A stretch of 64,000 bases of DNA from Ginglymostoma cirratum (GCA_024137785.1 JAHRHZ010000019.1:23093365-23157364); one strand, 5' to 3'; counted from the stretch's first letter, positions 1-14,300 are shown. A program made the numbers and translations. Notes: generated from the sequence alone by a model not told the origin.

Positions 1-128
1 CGGGCCTAAACGGTTTAGGCCCGAAACGTCAAGTTTTCCTGCTCCTATGATGCTGCTTGACCTGCTGTGTTCATCCAGCCCCATGCTTGTTATCTCGGAT
101 TCTCCAGCATCTGCAGTACCTTTTATCT
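1..128 (+). mobile_element. Short Penelope-like element end (family A), starting at an inverted-repeat junction
   Basis: Near-identical to 45931-46047 and to the reverse complement of 56266-56385; bases 1-23 form an 11-bp perfect inverted repeat. Confidence 0.75.
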
Positions 129-315
129 CGTTCACACCAACAGTTGTGACAAGAGTCACCAAAACGATTACAACTGCATTCTGCTCAGCAGATTGAAAAA
201 ACTCTTCCTCACTGTAAGGATTCTTGAGAAATATAGAATATCTTAATCCAAATTAATAACCGAGATTATAGGGTCCCAATAGTGGTAAACACAGATGTTT
301 GAGGGCTGGGACAGC

Positions 316-1020
316 TAGAGTCATAGAGTCAGTCGTACTGCACAGAAACAGACCCTTTGGTCCAACCCATCCATGCCGACCAGACATCCCCAATCTGACC
401 TAGTACCATTTGCCAGCATTTGGCCTATATCGCTCAAAACCATTTGTATTCATATACCCATCCAGATGCCTTTTAAATAGTCAAATCATACCAGCCTCCC
501 CCACTTCCTGTGGCAGTTCATTCCATACACAGACTGCCCTATGTATGAAAAAAGGTGTTCCTCAAGTCCTTTTTAAATCTTTCCCCTCTTACCTTAAACC
601 TAGGCATTCTAGTTGTAGACTCCCCTACACTATGGAAAAAATGACCTTGGCTATTCACCCTATCCACACCCTTCGTGATTTTATAAACCTCTTATAAGGT
701 CACCCCTCAGCCTCTGACATTCCGGGGGATAAAAGCCCAGCCTATTTAGCCTCTCCAAATAGCTCAAACCCTCCAATCCTGGCAACAACCTTGTAAATCT
801 TTTCTGCACTCTCTCAAGTTTAACAGCATCCTTCCTATAGAAGGGCAACCAGAATTGTACGCAGTATTCCAAAAATGTCCCGTACAGCCACAACATGACA
901 TCCCAACTCTTGTACTCATTGTTATGACCAATGAAGGCAAGCGTGCCAAATGCCTTCTTCACCACTGTGTCTACCTGTGACTCCACTTTCAAGGAAGTAT
1001 GCATCTCAACTCCTAGGTCC
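316..1020 (-). mobile_element. CR1-clade (HER-type) LINE 3' fragment
   Basis: ORF 681..1004 has LEYCVQFW...YRKDAVKLERVQKRFTRLLPGL...RLRGDLI, the CR1 ORF2 C-terminus; short-repeat tail near 316-330. Confidence 0.9.
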
Positions 1021-2296
1021 CTTATATACTATAAATTGTTGCCAAAGAAAGGACATTTAGTAATGGATTAAAAAATTGTGTTCTCTCATTCAGCTGAGAG
1101 CAGACCAATTGGTCTTCAGCTTGTGATGTCAAATGGATCACTTCACATAAATTGCTTCTCATCACCAGGCCTCCTCTACAGACCTCACTGCATTACCTGT
1201 GCTGTAGGTAGGTCGGCAAATTATTGCGCCACCTTACAGAAAGGGCAAAGCGAACATGTAAACCCAGTCAACAACAAATGCTTCTGCTTTGCGGCTGACT
1301 ACAAAAGCCAAGTCATCAAAACTGTAGATAAGCCAAGTTATGACAGGACATGAACAGATCAGAATTTTAGTAACAACAAGGCCAGGTTAGTTCCCCTTTA
1401 TATAAAAAAATCATTACTTTGATTTTTCTTCAATTTTTTTTTAAACATGCCATTTATGTAATTGGTACAGTTATTTCTCGAGTTACATACACACCACTGT
1501 AATGCTAGACCTCATTTTCAGATGCCCCTATATTGTTTATCGAGTTCCAATGAAGTATATTTTTTGTTGCCTAAACTATGGAGGAAACATATGTTCAAGG
1601 CCATATTGGCTGGAGTTTTCAGATCTGATTCAAGTCCAACACACTGCTATATCAGCTGTAAACTATCAGCACATTTCCCAAAAAAGAATAAAAAGGAACT
1701 GGTTGGCCGTAACAGATGCTCGAAAAATGCTAATTCTTGTCATCGAGCGTAAAACCAGTTCCAGAATTTCATTTTTGTCATTCAAATGCAGGAAACAGGA
1801 GCACTTTTGTTTTTCTCAATAATAGGGAGGACATTTTAATAAACAAAAATGATTGGTGATTAAGAATACTATCAACAAAGCACAGGTCCAGCCTAGATCA
1901 AAGTAATAATCATTCAATTATGAGAGGTAAGTTAATCACAAAATCTTGTATTGAACATTAACCAACCAGAAATGAGAAATACCAAGTAGAAACCTTTTCG
2001 TTAACATGAAAAAGTAAACTAAGGGTCAGTTAGCAAAATTAGACTATTTCACCATTTTTCAATCTCAAAATTATTCACAGCCTGGTCTAATAATTGCATT
2101 TTTTCAAAAGAATACCGTGCACTGCTTTTAAAGGTTTTAAAACACTTGGATTTATATATTTTTTTAAAAAATCAACATTTTAAGAGATGTTGCAAAGCAC
2201 TTAGTAAAGTTTATCCAAGTTCCTAAACTGTAGATTTAAAATTTATTTTAGGTGCAACAGTTAGTTTTTTTGATCATCTATTTCTGGGTTACTCAC

Positions 2297-2349
2297 CTGG
2301 TGCCTTCTATCGTGTACAGGTACATCCAATACACTGTATTCTGCAAATC
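2297..2349 (-). CDS. PPP1R21: PPP1R21 exon 8 (R-FAEYSVLDVPVHDRRHQ)
   Basis: Acceptor atgtag|GA, donor CAG|gtgagt, 53 nt; phase fits exon 7. Confidence 0.93.
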
Positions 2350-5300
2350 CTACATAGAAATGAGAGACTGGATGAGGAGGTTTTAAGCATCAAAAAACAC
2401 AATGAAAACAGTAGAAGGGCACTCTAAATTTCCATCTGCAACCCTGACAATCCAAAAGATTAACTTGAAAATTTATCACAGCTATGAAGAATATAGATAA
2501 GAACAGGTCTGTGCACTGCATAAGACACCAGATACGAAAGCTATAGTGCAGGAAAATGGCTATCCTGATCAGATCATTATTCACCATATACTTCACAAAC
2601 TCACAATCATGCCAAAAGCTGCTTTCAGACCTAATAAGTACCTGGTCTACTCAAAGTATCCTCAAAACACAAATATCTCAGAACATCGAAAGTAAGTTAA
2701 GCAAGCCATTTCCCGTTGATGTTATGCAGTGGCGACTGGTATTTTCCACTAAGATACTACCATCAGTCCAAAAAGATGATTAACATGCAAATAAGCAATA
2801 TGTATATACACCTGAGTGCCAGTGTGATGCCAGGTACTTAGGTGTCACATGACTGGCTGATCAAATACAACATTTTTTATTGGTTGGTTAGAATGGGCAA
2901 TTCACAGACCATGCTCAACTAGCTTGTGCTTGTAAAACCCAAAATGACACATCTACCGTCAGATATAATTCTGTGCTTGAGCAGCACTCCTGAGCATGCT
3001 AATAGCTACACTAACAATCAAATTAAAATAATCACTTCGGTTCACATAATTTGATAAGCAGGGACTTGTTTTTGAATTACCTGAAAGCATGGGGAGCCTA
3101 CAGTTCCTGATTGCCTTCATGGCAATGCTTCAGCCAGAATCAATTTGACAACCAACCCCTCACCATTAAATGTTTTTAATCACTCAACTCACTTAATAAA
3201 CATAAGCAACTAGACTCCACACAAGAAGGTTTGTTCCAAAAATAGATTTTCCCAAGCCCAAAACATTTAGGTAGGGATTTCATCACGATCACTGAACGGA
3301 TGTTCAACTCAGTACTATTCCAAAATCAAACAACAACCTTGCAAGGCTGATAATCACGCAATAACCAAACAGTACATCAGCATGCTAAGAGAATTTTTCA
3401 GTAATTTACATTTTTAGAATTGTATGCAGAGAACTGTTTTTACAAGATAAAAAACAAAGCAGAATACTTACTCATCTGTCCCCCATTCAACATTGGAATA
3501 ATTATCAAATCCAGATGTTTTTATAAGTCAAATCTAGTATTTGACCTCAAATCTATAAATGGCTAAGGCAGACTGATCACAATTGTCCCAAGGTTTTATT
3601 CCCTTGCCTGTACTACATTATTTCATTTCAACACAGGAAAAGGCACGATTAGTTTCAGTGCCCCTTAGTACTAAAGATAAAATGTCCACGTTTGAGAGCT
3701 TGGTCACTATTTAGCAGTAGTCCCTATTTAAAAAATAGACGCCAAATCAGCTAAGAATAAGGGCAGCACTTTAATCCCTGCTGGTAAAGTGGAAATGTAT
3801 GGACATCAGCTAAGAGCATGATTGGGCTTAACTAAGAATGTAAGGCAAATGAACAGTTTACATCTTGTGATCAGAGACAAACTGGATCAGGAAAAGAAAG
3901 TGATGTTTAGTATTTTATATAAGGCAAAAAAAATTGATTTAATTATTCTGTAGCTTTCAAAGAACCTCTCTTTTAACCAGCTGTGGAAGGGAAAGCGATC
4001 TAAATATTAACATTTTATAATTCCAGACAAAAAGACAAATTTTCAATAATTTTTCAGTTAATTCAATGTGACAACCCCCTTTTTCTCTAAAATACCAGAG
4101 CTCTTGATCATATTCACTTGGATTCCTAATTTATATTGTGATTTACCTATAATGGTCACTGAATAAACGTGTTGCCTGGTTCAAAGTTAAGAGGTAGGTT
4201 TTGGAATGAGCATTCATAGTAATCATGAATGTGTTATACTTGACGAATCACACCATGGGTTGCTAGCATGGGACAAGTCTTCTCAATGCTTGAACTGGGC
4301 GTGGAGATCAGTCTTTTGGAGCAATGTTTGCAGAAATATCAGCTTGAGGTGGCAGTAATGGAACAGACAAGTGTAAAAATAATTTTACTTTTTGAAATTG
4401 CAGGTCTCCATTTCTAGTACGTGACAGTTTAAATATTTTCATTTTATTCATCTGCCTTTAATAACCTACCAATAACAGTTTAAAAATAGTGGAACTCTTA
4501 AGGTGGTGAGATTGAAAAAAAGATTTTCCCATAAGAAAGTTAATGGCCACAAGAGCTTCATAATTAATTTAACACAGTAGGAGCAAAATTCACAACCACA
4601 TTCTTGTTGAAACTAATTGATGTCTTGGGATCCATTAAAAATGCCCAATTGCACAGGAAGTAGTCATACTCACTTGTATCATTAAATGGCACTTTGTCTT
4701 GAATAATACTTATTGACTGGTCTAATCGGCTACTCAGATCAGTATGGATATTCTTTAGCTGTTGCTGGCTGCATTGAGAAATATGAAATATTAAGTGTTT
4801 CACAATGTTCAATGCAAATTTGTCAGCAACAAGTAATGCAGCACAAGTCATAACTGTCTTACCATTCTTCTGTCCGAAGCCTACAGTCCTTTGCTTCTCT
4901 CTCCAATGAGTGTGATTTCACCTGTGAGAAATATTGTACCTTTTTGAAAATGTTCATGAATCTTTTCCAAAGCCAAACTTAAAAAATATCCTCCTGCACA
5001 AACAGCTGATCATCACTTCAAAAAGTGAGCTTTAACCCCTGCCCTTGCAAACTACAGTTGTATCTCCAAACATGCTTTCCTCTCCCAAGTCCCTAATCAT
5101 GTTGATTACTTCCCAAAAATATCCTATCTTTCAAGAAACTCCACATTTGAATTTTACAATCAGGACTCTGCTCACCATGATCACAAAACTGCTTCAAAGT
5201 CACAAACAACATCGCGTTATTGTCAAATTCCTTTCTCTGTTATCTCTACAAGCTTCAATTACACCTCACTAACCTCTTTAAAAGTTGTACCATTACTGCA

Positions 5301-8300
5301 GCTCAGTGGGCCTGCCTTTTACTGGCTTCACTGTTACCTGTCCTATCATAGTCATGACAGGTTTCTAACAATATCTTTTTCTTCCCTCCTCCTAAACTCC
5401 AAAGTTTACAGCTTCATCCTCCTTTTCGTCTATATGTTGTTCATGGCATCATGTGAAAATATGAAGTCAAGTGTGATACAGTTCTCCCTTCCCAGCCAAT
5501 TATCCCAACCTTCCAAAACTTAATTGTCATATTGATTGGCCAACATAATTCTTCAGAGGAGCTGGAATTTTCTCCAGGTGAAGTATTTTAATGGTCATGC
5601 TAAAGGCATCTTAAGATGTGGCATACAATAACACCCTTATCACTAACTTCATCTCTCTGCATGCTCCCCCCATCACCATTACCTCAAGTTGTTTGTTTAG
5701 ATTCAATTAAATTGCTCAAGTTCACCGCCATCATAAAGACTATTTACTTTCACTTCTGCAACATTTCTGTTACTGCCTCAGCTCTTCATTTGGAGCTTTG
5801 ACCCATGTTTTAGCCACACCTGAAAGGACCATTTGCATGAATACTATGCAATATTCCACTGCTGTCCCGCCTGTGATTTTGTATGCTCCACAATCCCACC
5901 CTCTTGTGCATCCAGTAATTCCAAGTAAAATACTACAGATGCTGGAAATGGGGGATGGGGGGTGGGGGTGAGTGCACAGGTTGGTTAGGGTAGGGGGGGA
6001 TGGGAGGGAGGTGGAGACTGGGTGGGGAGTGGCAGGGCAGGCAAGGGAGGGATGTGAGGTGGGGAGGGCATGGGTGGGAATGGCGGTTAGCACTGATTAA
6101 AATCATTGCTGAACATTCTGTCTCTCCACATTTAATACTGACGCTCAAAATTCACCTCTGACCAACGTTTGCATTACCGCATATCATATTTGAATTCAAT
6201 CAAATCCTTCAGCTGCGGAGGACCTTGAATATTTGCCTACATTAAAAGGTGTGAAATACAGACTTTCACTGATGACCTATATTTGAAATTCAACATTTTC
6301 AGAATCTCTGAAACCGAAGTCAGGTCATTGCATTGAGAACTGGATATAGCTTTTTTTTTTAAAAACCAATCCGTTGGTTAAAAATCATAAGATTTTCTTC
6401 TTAAATTTGGGCTAAACAAAGTTTACCTATATTTAAGCACCATTTGTAGGTCAGAGAATTGGGCACAATGAGAAAATTCCAATGTCTGGAGGGCAAAGAC
6501 AGGCACCCATAATGATACAATGTAAAAAGTTTTGGGTTCAGAGGACAGGTCCAAATGTTAGTTGTTTTTATTGGAGAAATGAACAGAGAGTATGTAACTG
6601 AAGTTTATGAAACAAAAAAACGATATGTCTCAGTCACATCTTATCAGAGATGAGTAAAGTTGATAGGACATGATTTAACACAAAATATTCACTGACAAAT
6701 AGGAACACTGAATGCCAGAAATAAATTTTAAGAGTCACTTCCCCCCCCCCCCCCCCCCTTTTGGAAACAACTACCATAGCTCACAGCTGCAATGTATTCA
6801 TGTACTTCTTCAAAAGGTTGAAGAGTGAAAAGTAAAAATCTAATTATGCTGCAAGATGGCTTGATTGCAAGGAGTTACAGGTTACCGCTGTATCCTGGAA
6901 CCTTGCTCTATTCCAATAAGGAATAAACCCATTTCCTGTATCGAGATTTTCACCCCTCCATGGAGATCACCTGATTAACAGGAAGACTATTATGCCCTAT
7001 TTCCTGAATGTGATGGGGCTACTGGGCCTGACATTCTTTAGTAATTTTTTTAAAAAACTGATTTATAATCATGAAAGTATTTTAAAAGGAAGTAATATAT
7101 TAACTTTCAATTATTAAGCATTGACATAATGACAAGATTTGTGGACTGTGAAACTTAAAACCACAATTAATGGATGCGCTCTGAAGCAAAGTTTGCAGAA
7201 AATTGGATGGGAAGGTGAGGATGACAGTTTGTAGAGGGACATAGGTAAAAGCAAGCAGGCAGAAAATAGGGAATATAATGTAGGAAAACATGAGGTAATG
7301 CACTTTGGCAGGAAGAATGAAGGAGCTGAATATGATTTAAATGGAAAAAGACTGCAGACAGCTATAACACAGAGGGATTTGCGAGTCCTTGTCGATGAAT
7401 CACAAAAGGCTAGCATCTAAGTTCAGTGGGGAATAGGTAAGGCAAACAGAATGTCAGCCTTTATTTCAAAGGGAATGGAATACAAAAGTAGGGAGATTTT
7501 GCTAAAATTATACAAGGCACTCGTCAGATAGTTGCTTGAATAATGTGAACAATTGTGGGCCCCTTATCTAAGCAAAGATAAGTTGGCACTGGAAGCAGTC
7601 CTCAAGTTCACTCGGGTAATATCAAGTATGGAGTACTGTCTTATGTGGAGACATCGAGTAGGTTCAGCCTGTACACATTGGAGTTTAGAAGCATGAGCGG
7701 TGACCTTATTGAAATGACAAGAATCTTAGGGAACTTGACAGAGTAGGCATCTAAAAGACTGTTTCCCCTTGTGGGAGAGTCGAGGACCAGAGGGCATAAT
7801 TTCAGAACAAGGAACTGCACATTCAAGACAGACAAGACGAAATTTCGTCCCCAAGTGTAGTGAATCTGGGAATTCTTTTAAACCACAGATGCCAGCTGAC
7901 GCTGGATTATTATGTATATTCAAGACTAAGGCAAATAGATGTTTAACCAGCAAGCAAGTCAAAGGTTATGGAGAAAAGGCAGGAAAGTGGAGTTGAGGAT
8001 TATTGGATCAGCCATGATCTCATTAAATACTCAAAGCAGAGCTGACAGATTGAATGGCCTACTTCTGATCCTACGCTTTATGGTCTTACTAGCTTCACAA
8101 AGGACATTAAAAATATGGTAAAATGGAATGGATAGAATTCTTTAATTTACAGGCATTTATTTGACTTTTGTAAGTGGTTTAGTATTTTGCCCAATTAGGA
8201 ACTGATTTAACACTTAATCAACAAAAGCTGTATTGGCCTACATTGAAGGTTCTAAAAATAGATGTTTAATGCGGTAGAAAGCAAGAATCTTTCATTCTTC

Positions 8301-11300
8301 AGCCCTACATCATTCTGTAAATTATAGGTGTGCTCCTTCTGCAGTTACTTGGAAACAAGAGTTCAATGCTTTGAGAACAAACAAAAACAGAAATTGCTGG
8401 GAAAACTCAGGTCTGGCAGCATCTGTGGCGAGAAAGCAGAGTTAATGCTTTCATTCAGTGACCTTTCTTCAGAACTGATTATAGCTAGGAAAAGAATCGT
8501 ATATGTGCCGCACATGGGGTAGGGGTAAAGAGGGGTGGACAGGGAAGGGGGCGAGCAAGAAGGGGGGGTGGGGGAGCGCCAGGGGGATGGGGGGGGAAAA
8601 AGAGCGAGGGAGAGAGGGGGCAGAGATTTTGATGTCATTTCAGATACCGATTTGCAACAGTGTAAAAAACGTTTTGCTCGAACGCTTTCTTCAAATGTGG
8701 AAAAAGCAGATGAGGCTGCCCGACAGTTCTGTACACCAATTAATTCCCAGCTAGCGCATAAAAAAAAAAAGGGAGTGCACAGAATAAGAAGGATACCTGA
8801 AGGTGAGAGTTCACCCCTCAAAGTAACAAGATGTCTAACCTCTAAATTTGCTTTGTCATTTTGAAGTTTTTCTATGGTATCCATGTACTTCTTCTTCAAG
8901 CTGTCAATCACAGCTTCATGTTGCATAGCATCTTTCTCTAGTACCAGTAATCGTTCCCTGAAGTCAGTTTCTGTTTGCCTGTGTTTCGCTTGTGCTTCTT
9001 GTATCTGTACAAAGAAATACAAAATAAAGTCTCAAACATAGATACTGAGATTGCATGGGTTGGCTTAACACCATCACCTGCAAGTTCCCCTCCAAACCAT
9101 TCAACATCCTCACTTGGAAATATATTGCTGTTACTCATTGATGCTTGGTCAAAATCCTTGAATTCCCCCCCACCCCCGACGGACATTGAGAGTCTCCTTA
9201 CAGCAAATGGACTGCACTGGCTTTAGAAGGCACCTCACTAACATCTTCTCAAGGACAACTAGGGGCAGGCAATAAATACTGGCCCCAGACAGTAAAGTCC
9301 ACATCCAATGAATGAATAAAAGAAACTCAACATGTTCTCAATTATTGATATAGAAACAGACGAGCTGCACACCTTTTTTGGTCCCAATTCTTTCAAACTT
9401 TTTGAAACAATCTTGTCCTATTACAGGGAGTTATGTATTAAACATAACTCCAAAATAAAGTACTCCAATTATTTTTTAAGCTCTTGAAGTTTGCGCAAAG
9501 GCTCCATTCAACTGTGACCTTTGATGCCCAATGCTTTAAACCTGAAAAAACTCAATGACAAGAATCTGTACAGATGCTACTCACCAAGGTTAAAAAAAAT
9601 CAATATTGTATGCCTTATGAGTAACTGCTATAATAATTCACAGATGAAAGTCAGATTGTATGTTTCAACTTCTCAATGTATCAATATAGCCACCATGCAA
9701 TTTCTGTAACTATTACACAAAGACCAAAATGAAAGTAAGCAAGGAAGTTCTTTAGGATAATGTTCACGTGAACAGTTGATCCAACTACATGACAATAATT
9801 CATCTACCTCATTTAATACAGACCTTGGTGTCCCTTCCTCCTCCTCAGCAGAAAACAACTGCCTTCAAACAGGACACCATTGGCATCTCTGGTATCTCTC
9901 CTGGCAAAACTTATGTAGCTAAACATACTAGAAGTATTCGCAAAAGACAACCTAGACCCACGCGCTCCAAAAACAAAAGTAATTACAGTGCACACAAACT
10001 TTGCAACCACCAATCTGATTTGAAACATTTTAGGAAAAGCCCTTGCAAACTGGTCTGGTTTGCCAAGTAAGTTATGTTGCGAGGGGGTGGCACAGTGGTT
10101 AGCACTGCTGCCTCACAGCACCAGGGACCCGGGTTCAATTCCACCCTCGGGTGACCGTCTGCGTGGAGTTTGCACATTCTCTCCGTGTCTGCGTGCTCTG
10201 GTTTCCTCCCACAGTCCAAAAGATGTGCAGGCTAAGCGGACTGACCATGATAAATTGCCCATAGTGTTCAGGGATGTGCAGATTAGGTGGATTATAGGGG
10301 AATGGGTGGGTGCTCAGAGGGTCGGTGTGGACTTGCTGGGCCAAAGGGCCTGTTTCCCCATTGTAGGGATTCTATAATAAAACCGCAGTGGAGTCACTTA
10401 GCACTGGTTGCTATGCAGTTCTGATACACAGATACTCAAGAAATAAAACAAGTAACTGCTTTCACAAACTAAAAGGGCAAATAACATAAAATGGACAAAA
10501 AGCCTACTAACACCAACGGAAAGATTCATCAATAAAAATAACTTTCAAGCCAAGCTTTGAGCAAGAATAGGATAGGAAGAGAAACATCTGAAACTGACTA
10601 AAAATAAGAACGTTCCAACTAATTCCTTCTCATCGATTTGCCCCTAAGAAAGTGAACTTACAATTATGTAGTTATTTTCACAACATTAGAATGGTCCAAA
10701 TGAGTCAATTAATTACTTTTGAGGTGTAATCATTATTTTACACTGAATCATGGTAGGTAAATTGTAATTTCCCACAAATTCTCTTGCAGAACATAGTCAT
10801 TGCCTCACACAAATGTCACTTGCCATTTCTCAGCCCAGGCCTGAATATTGCCCAGCTTCTGCTACTTATGGGAATTGATGATTTCAATATCTGAGAAGTC
10901 AAAAACTGTGCTGAATGTTGTGCAGTGAACATATCTGCTTACGACTTTAGAATGGAAGGAAAGTTATTGATGAGGCTGAAGAGGATTGTGCCTTGGATGC
11001 TACATTGAGGAACTCCTGTAGTGATGTCCTGGAGCCAAGATGACTGACCAACAACTGCAACCATCTTTCTTTGCGCTACCAATGCTTGAATTATTGGATC
11101 ATTTTCCCAATTCCCACAATGTCAGTTATCCTGGATATCCTTGATGCCACATGCTACATTGATGTCAAGGACAGTCACTCCCCCTTGTGCTGGAGTTTAA
11201 TGCTTTTGTCCATATTAGAAGAAAGTTCTATTGAGTTCAGGAACTGAGCAGCCCTGGCAGAACCTAACTGGAGTCACAGCAGGTTTTCGCTGAGCAAGTG

Positions 11301-14300
11301 GGCACTTGATAGCACTGTCAGTGGCCTCTTCCATGACTTTGCTGTTGATTGGGATTGGAAATTAGTTGGACTTGTCCTGCTTGTAGTTACAGGGCATATT
11401 TGCACAATTTTCCACAACCTCAGATAGGTTTCAGCGTTCTAGCTGTAATGGCTAGCTAAATGCTTGGCTAGCTCTGGAAAATGAGTCTTCAATGCTGTCA
11501 AAGTCCATAGCTGAAGAGAAAACAGATCTTTTTCACTAACTTTTAGAATGCAACATACGAAAGATATCTTGTAGAACATGTTCCAACGTTTCACATACAA
11601 CGAAGCGTTTAGGAAGACTATCTAGAAAAATCTGGTTTTAATCTTTTTGCTGAGAACTGCCTGTACTTTACGATCATTGGAAGTAGACGCACCACAGAAT
11701 GAGAGAAATCTGGTTTAAATCCTAATATCACCATACATGCATATTTATTACATAACACATTGCTCATTATTGAATTTCAGACAGATGATATTCTGTGCCA
11801 GATGACCAAATGTGTTCCTAAATCAAACAGTTTAAAAAAAGCTCTACAGCTACTTAAAGCACAGAAGGTCTCTATAAGCAGACTCCACCGACTTAAAAAG
11901 GTGAGAGCCTGTCTAATTGGAGAATACTAGCACATCAAGGAATTTTACTTCAAGAAAAGAAAAACCAGTTTTATTGCTTCGAAGTGGATGCCCTTGAAGT
12001 TAGGCAGCCAAAAAAAGCCAGATGATCTAAAAACAATACTAAAGAAACAAAAACGTATGCACAGGGATTGGTTGTTAAATGCTATTCCACACAGTATTTG
12101 AAATGGATCCAAACATAAATCTAAGTACTCTTGGGCAAATTCCAGATTTCTCAAATATTTTTTCACAAACATGTAAGCAGCTTCAAGTAGAAGAAATTTC
12201 AATATGAACAATAATATGAAGATTCTGAAAGACTGTCATAAAGAGTTCCCACAGTTACTGGAACATCCGTTCCTTGATATTAAAACTGTGAATTCAGAGA
12301 TTAAGCAATAACACACACTATTAATCTGCACAAAAATAAGCATTGAGTTATCAAGACTGGACTATATTTATTTTGGTTTCTCCAAATTAATACACAATTT
12401 AGTAGGTTTGACAAAATAATTAAACTGAAGGGAAGCTTGCTGCGTTCAGGAAATACCTCTACTGTCTAGTTTCTAACATCAAGAGACTTGAGACAGCAAA
12501 CTTCCTTAAAATGAAATTTCATACTAAAGGATATAATTTGGTGACTCATGTTACTTAGAAGGAAACCATTCACATTGCAAAATAATCAGTTGCAAAGAAG
12601 CAGTATGCTTTAATTATTACCATTTGCAATGCAATTGCTACTGTTTTTGATTCTTGAAATTAAAAGACAATATTTGAAAATAAAAGCTACTGAAATAAAA
12701 CTACATTGTTAAGAAGTTATAATCCGAACAGGATAGAGCTAATCACCAAAACAGACCTTGAAAAATAAAAGGTCTAATGCTCAATTATATTTTAAGAAAG
12801 CTGAAGCATTAATATTAAACAAATAAATCTAACACCAATTAAATGAAAATTTTTCACTGAATGAAACCCAAGATTTAATCTGAGATTAAATCAGGTGTTT
12901 TAGTTGAAAAAAAATAAACATTCTACATATCGAAATGCACTGAAAGTGTAATAAAACCTCGACTGGTGAAATACTTTGAAACTAGGAAAAATGTAGACTT
13001 AAATCCCAATCCAGTCAGTTTGCAATACGGATACGCATAGAGACATTCCTTAACTTCAGCAAAAGGCAGGAGAAAAAAAATACAAGAAATGGGTAGGTAT
13101 ACATATATTTCGCAACTAGATATATAGACTACCACTTGCTTGGACCAAAGCCAATCATACAGAGAAATAACTACAAATTAATGGCTTAGTCAGTAAAGGC
13201 CAGAGTATTCCAAACCTACATGCTATTCTTTTAAATCCTTTGATTGATCTTGAGCACTAGTGGAAGTTCCAATAAGCTTTGGTAACCCAGGGCTGAGAGA
13301 TGGGATGCACAGCAAGTCAAGGGAATTAAATTCAAGGCTCTGTCTCTAGCTGTTTAAAAAGCACACATGAATAGGATCAGGCTTGGTTTGAATTCCTTTG
13401 CATGGTGCCCCCACCCTGCAATCAAATGGGAAATAATCACTCAAGCACTTATCACACGTAGAATCATGCCCACCAGATGTTAAAAAGAATAGAAGTTGCT
13501 GGAGAAACTCAGGTCTAGCAGCATCTGTGGGGAGAAAACAGAAAATGAGCGTTGGAGGAGGGGCGGAGGCAACTTGTGGAGGGTGTTGGTGGTGAAGGCG
13601 AGGTGAGTAAGTAAAGAAGGAGCCGAGAGAGAGAGAGAGAGACACGAAAGGATAGGCAGTGACAGGCCTTGTTGATAAGAAGCTAGGACAAAAGAGAAGC
13701 TGAATAAGTGATGATGAGAGCTAAGAGTAGGAGAGAATGGGTAGGCTGTACTAAAATGTGATAACGTGACTAAGAGTGGGTAGCAATCAGTTACTGTGAT
13801 AGGGTTAGGGTTAGGGTTATGACAGGACTAGGACATGGAGATGGGTTAAAAAAATTCCAAGGACGTAGTCAGGCTCTAAAGTTATTCTACTGAGTCCCAG
13901 AGGTTGCAGGGTCTCTAAACAAAAGATGAAGTGCTCCTCTTCGAGCTTCACAGGAAGACTGCAGCAGGCCTGAGACAGACATAATGGTGTATTGAAGAGG
14001 CGACTGAAAGCTCAGCATCATTCTTACAGACAGAACATTGGCTGTTTTACAAAACACCTCTCGGTCTGCATGTCGTCTCCCCAGTGTAGAGGGGACCACA
14101 CGGAGTAGTGAATGCAGTAGACTAGATTGAAGGTAAGTTGTTGCTTCACTTGAGCCCTCGGATAGTGAGGAGGGAGGAAGTAAACGGGTGTATGTTACAT
14201 CTTCAGCAATTGAATGGGGAGGTGCTGTAGGGGTTTTGGGAGTGGAGGAGGAGTGGATTAGGGTGTCCTGGAGGGAACAGTCCCTGTGGAATGCTGACAA

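Noticed and set aside
3472-3552. Possible 81-nt cassette exon in intron 7 (tttatag|...GA|gtaagt)
   Set aside because: In-frame stop and no homology to PPP1R21; exons 7 and 8 already join in phase. There is no evidence beyond the splice-like motifs.
8363-9022. 219-aa minus-strand ORF as a standalone gene
   Set aside because: Only 8840-9004 is coding (PPP1R21 exon 5); the rest is intron and repeat read-through.
10085-10160. tRNA-like heads at 10085, 38811, 40853 and 43348 as tRNA genes
   Set aside because: They continue into SINE body and tail sequence and lack a complete cloverleaf.
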